A stretch of DNA of 33,940 bases, taken from the IMG/VR virus record IMGVR_UViG_3300005764_000050, positions 1-33,940 of that record; one strand, 5' to 3'. This DNA is from a virus (lineage: Duplodnaviria > Caudoviricetes). Numbering within the stretch: the stretch's first letter is position 1; each line of letters begins with the position of its first letter. Positions 33,846-33,940 of this stretch are shown piece after piece. The notes below the pieces were generated by a model. That model was not told the DNA's origin. It did not search any database and was given only the letters and a program-made list of their open reading frames with translations. The position numbers were made by a program, and so were the translations under genes.

Positions 33846-33940
33846 ATTGCCAGAGTATGATGGATGGGCTAGTGCGAGTCAACCATGGACTGTCTTAAGG
33901 CTTACGATAACGCTTAGGATTGTCGATGCTGTCCAATAGG

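Overview
This window is part of a temperate, probably podovirus-like tailed phage (or excised prophage) with high GC content. No host housekeeping genes, rRNA, tRNA or CRISPR array are visible. It carries a virion module (tail/stabilisation protein, GroES-like co-chaperonin, scaffold, major capsid, portal; 1-9284) followed by a repeat-rich non-coding region (9300-9660). An accessory/early region (9869-14630) comes next, then a tyrosine integrase with an apparently intact attP (14684-16100) and several small genes including an Acb2/Tad1-like protein. Three very large minus-strand DNA-ejection-type proteins (one with a lytic transglycosylase), the terminase large subunit and a conserved hypothetical gene complete the window. 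The stand-out feature is a stand-alone Cas7/RAMP-like gene (11399-11986) plus an overlapping winged-helix-like gene, flanked by long non-coding arrays of GGY-NN pentamers (fixed GG(T/C), variable dinucleotide; about 73, 42 and 49 units). A further perfect 14-unit GGY-NN array ending in a hairpin lies about 20 kb away (32837-32906, minus). This looks like a compact CRISPR-independent RNA-guided system whose variable dinucleotides may spell a gapped target. From memory (not verified here) it resembles the recently reported VIPR-type systems. All protein calls come from motif recognition by eye, not from database searches.
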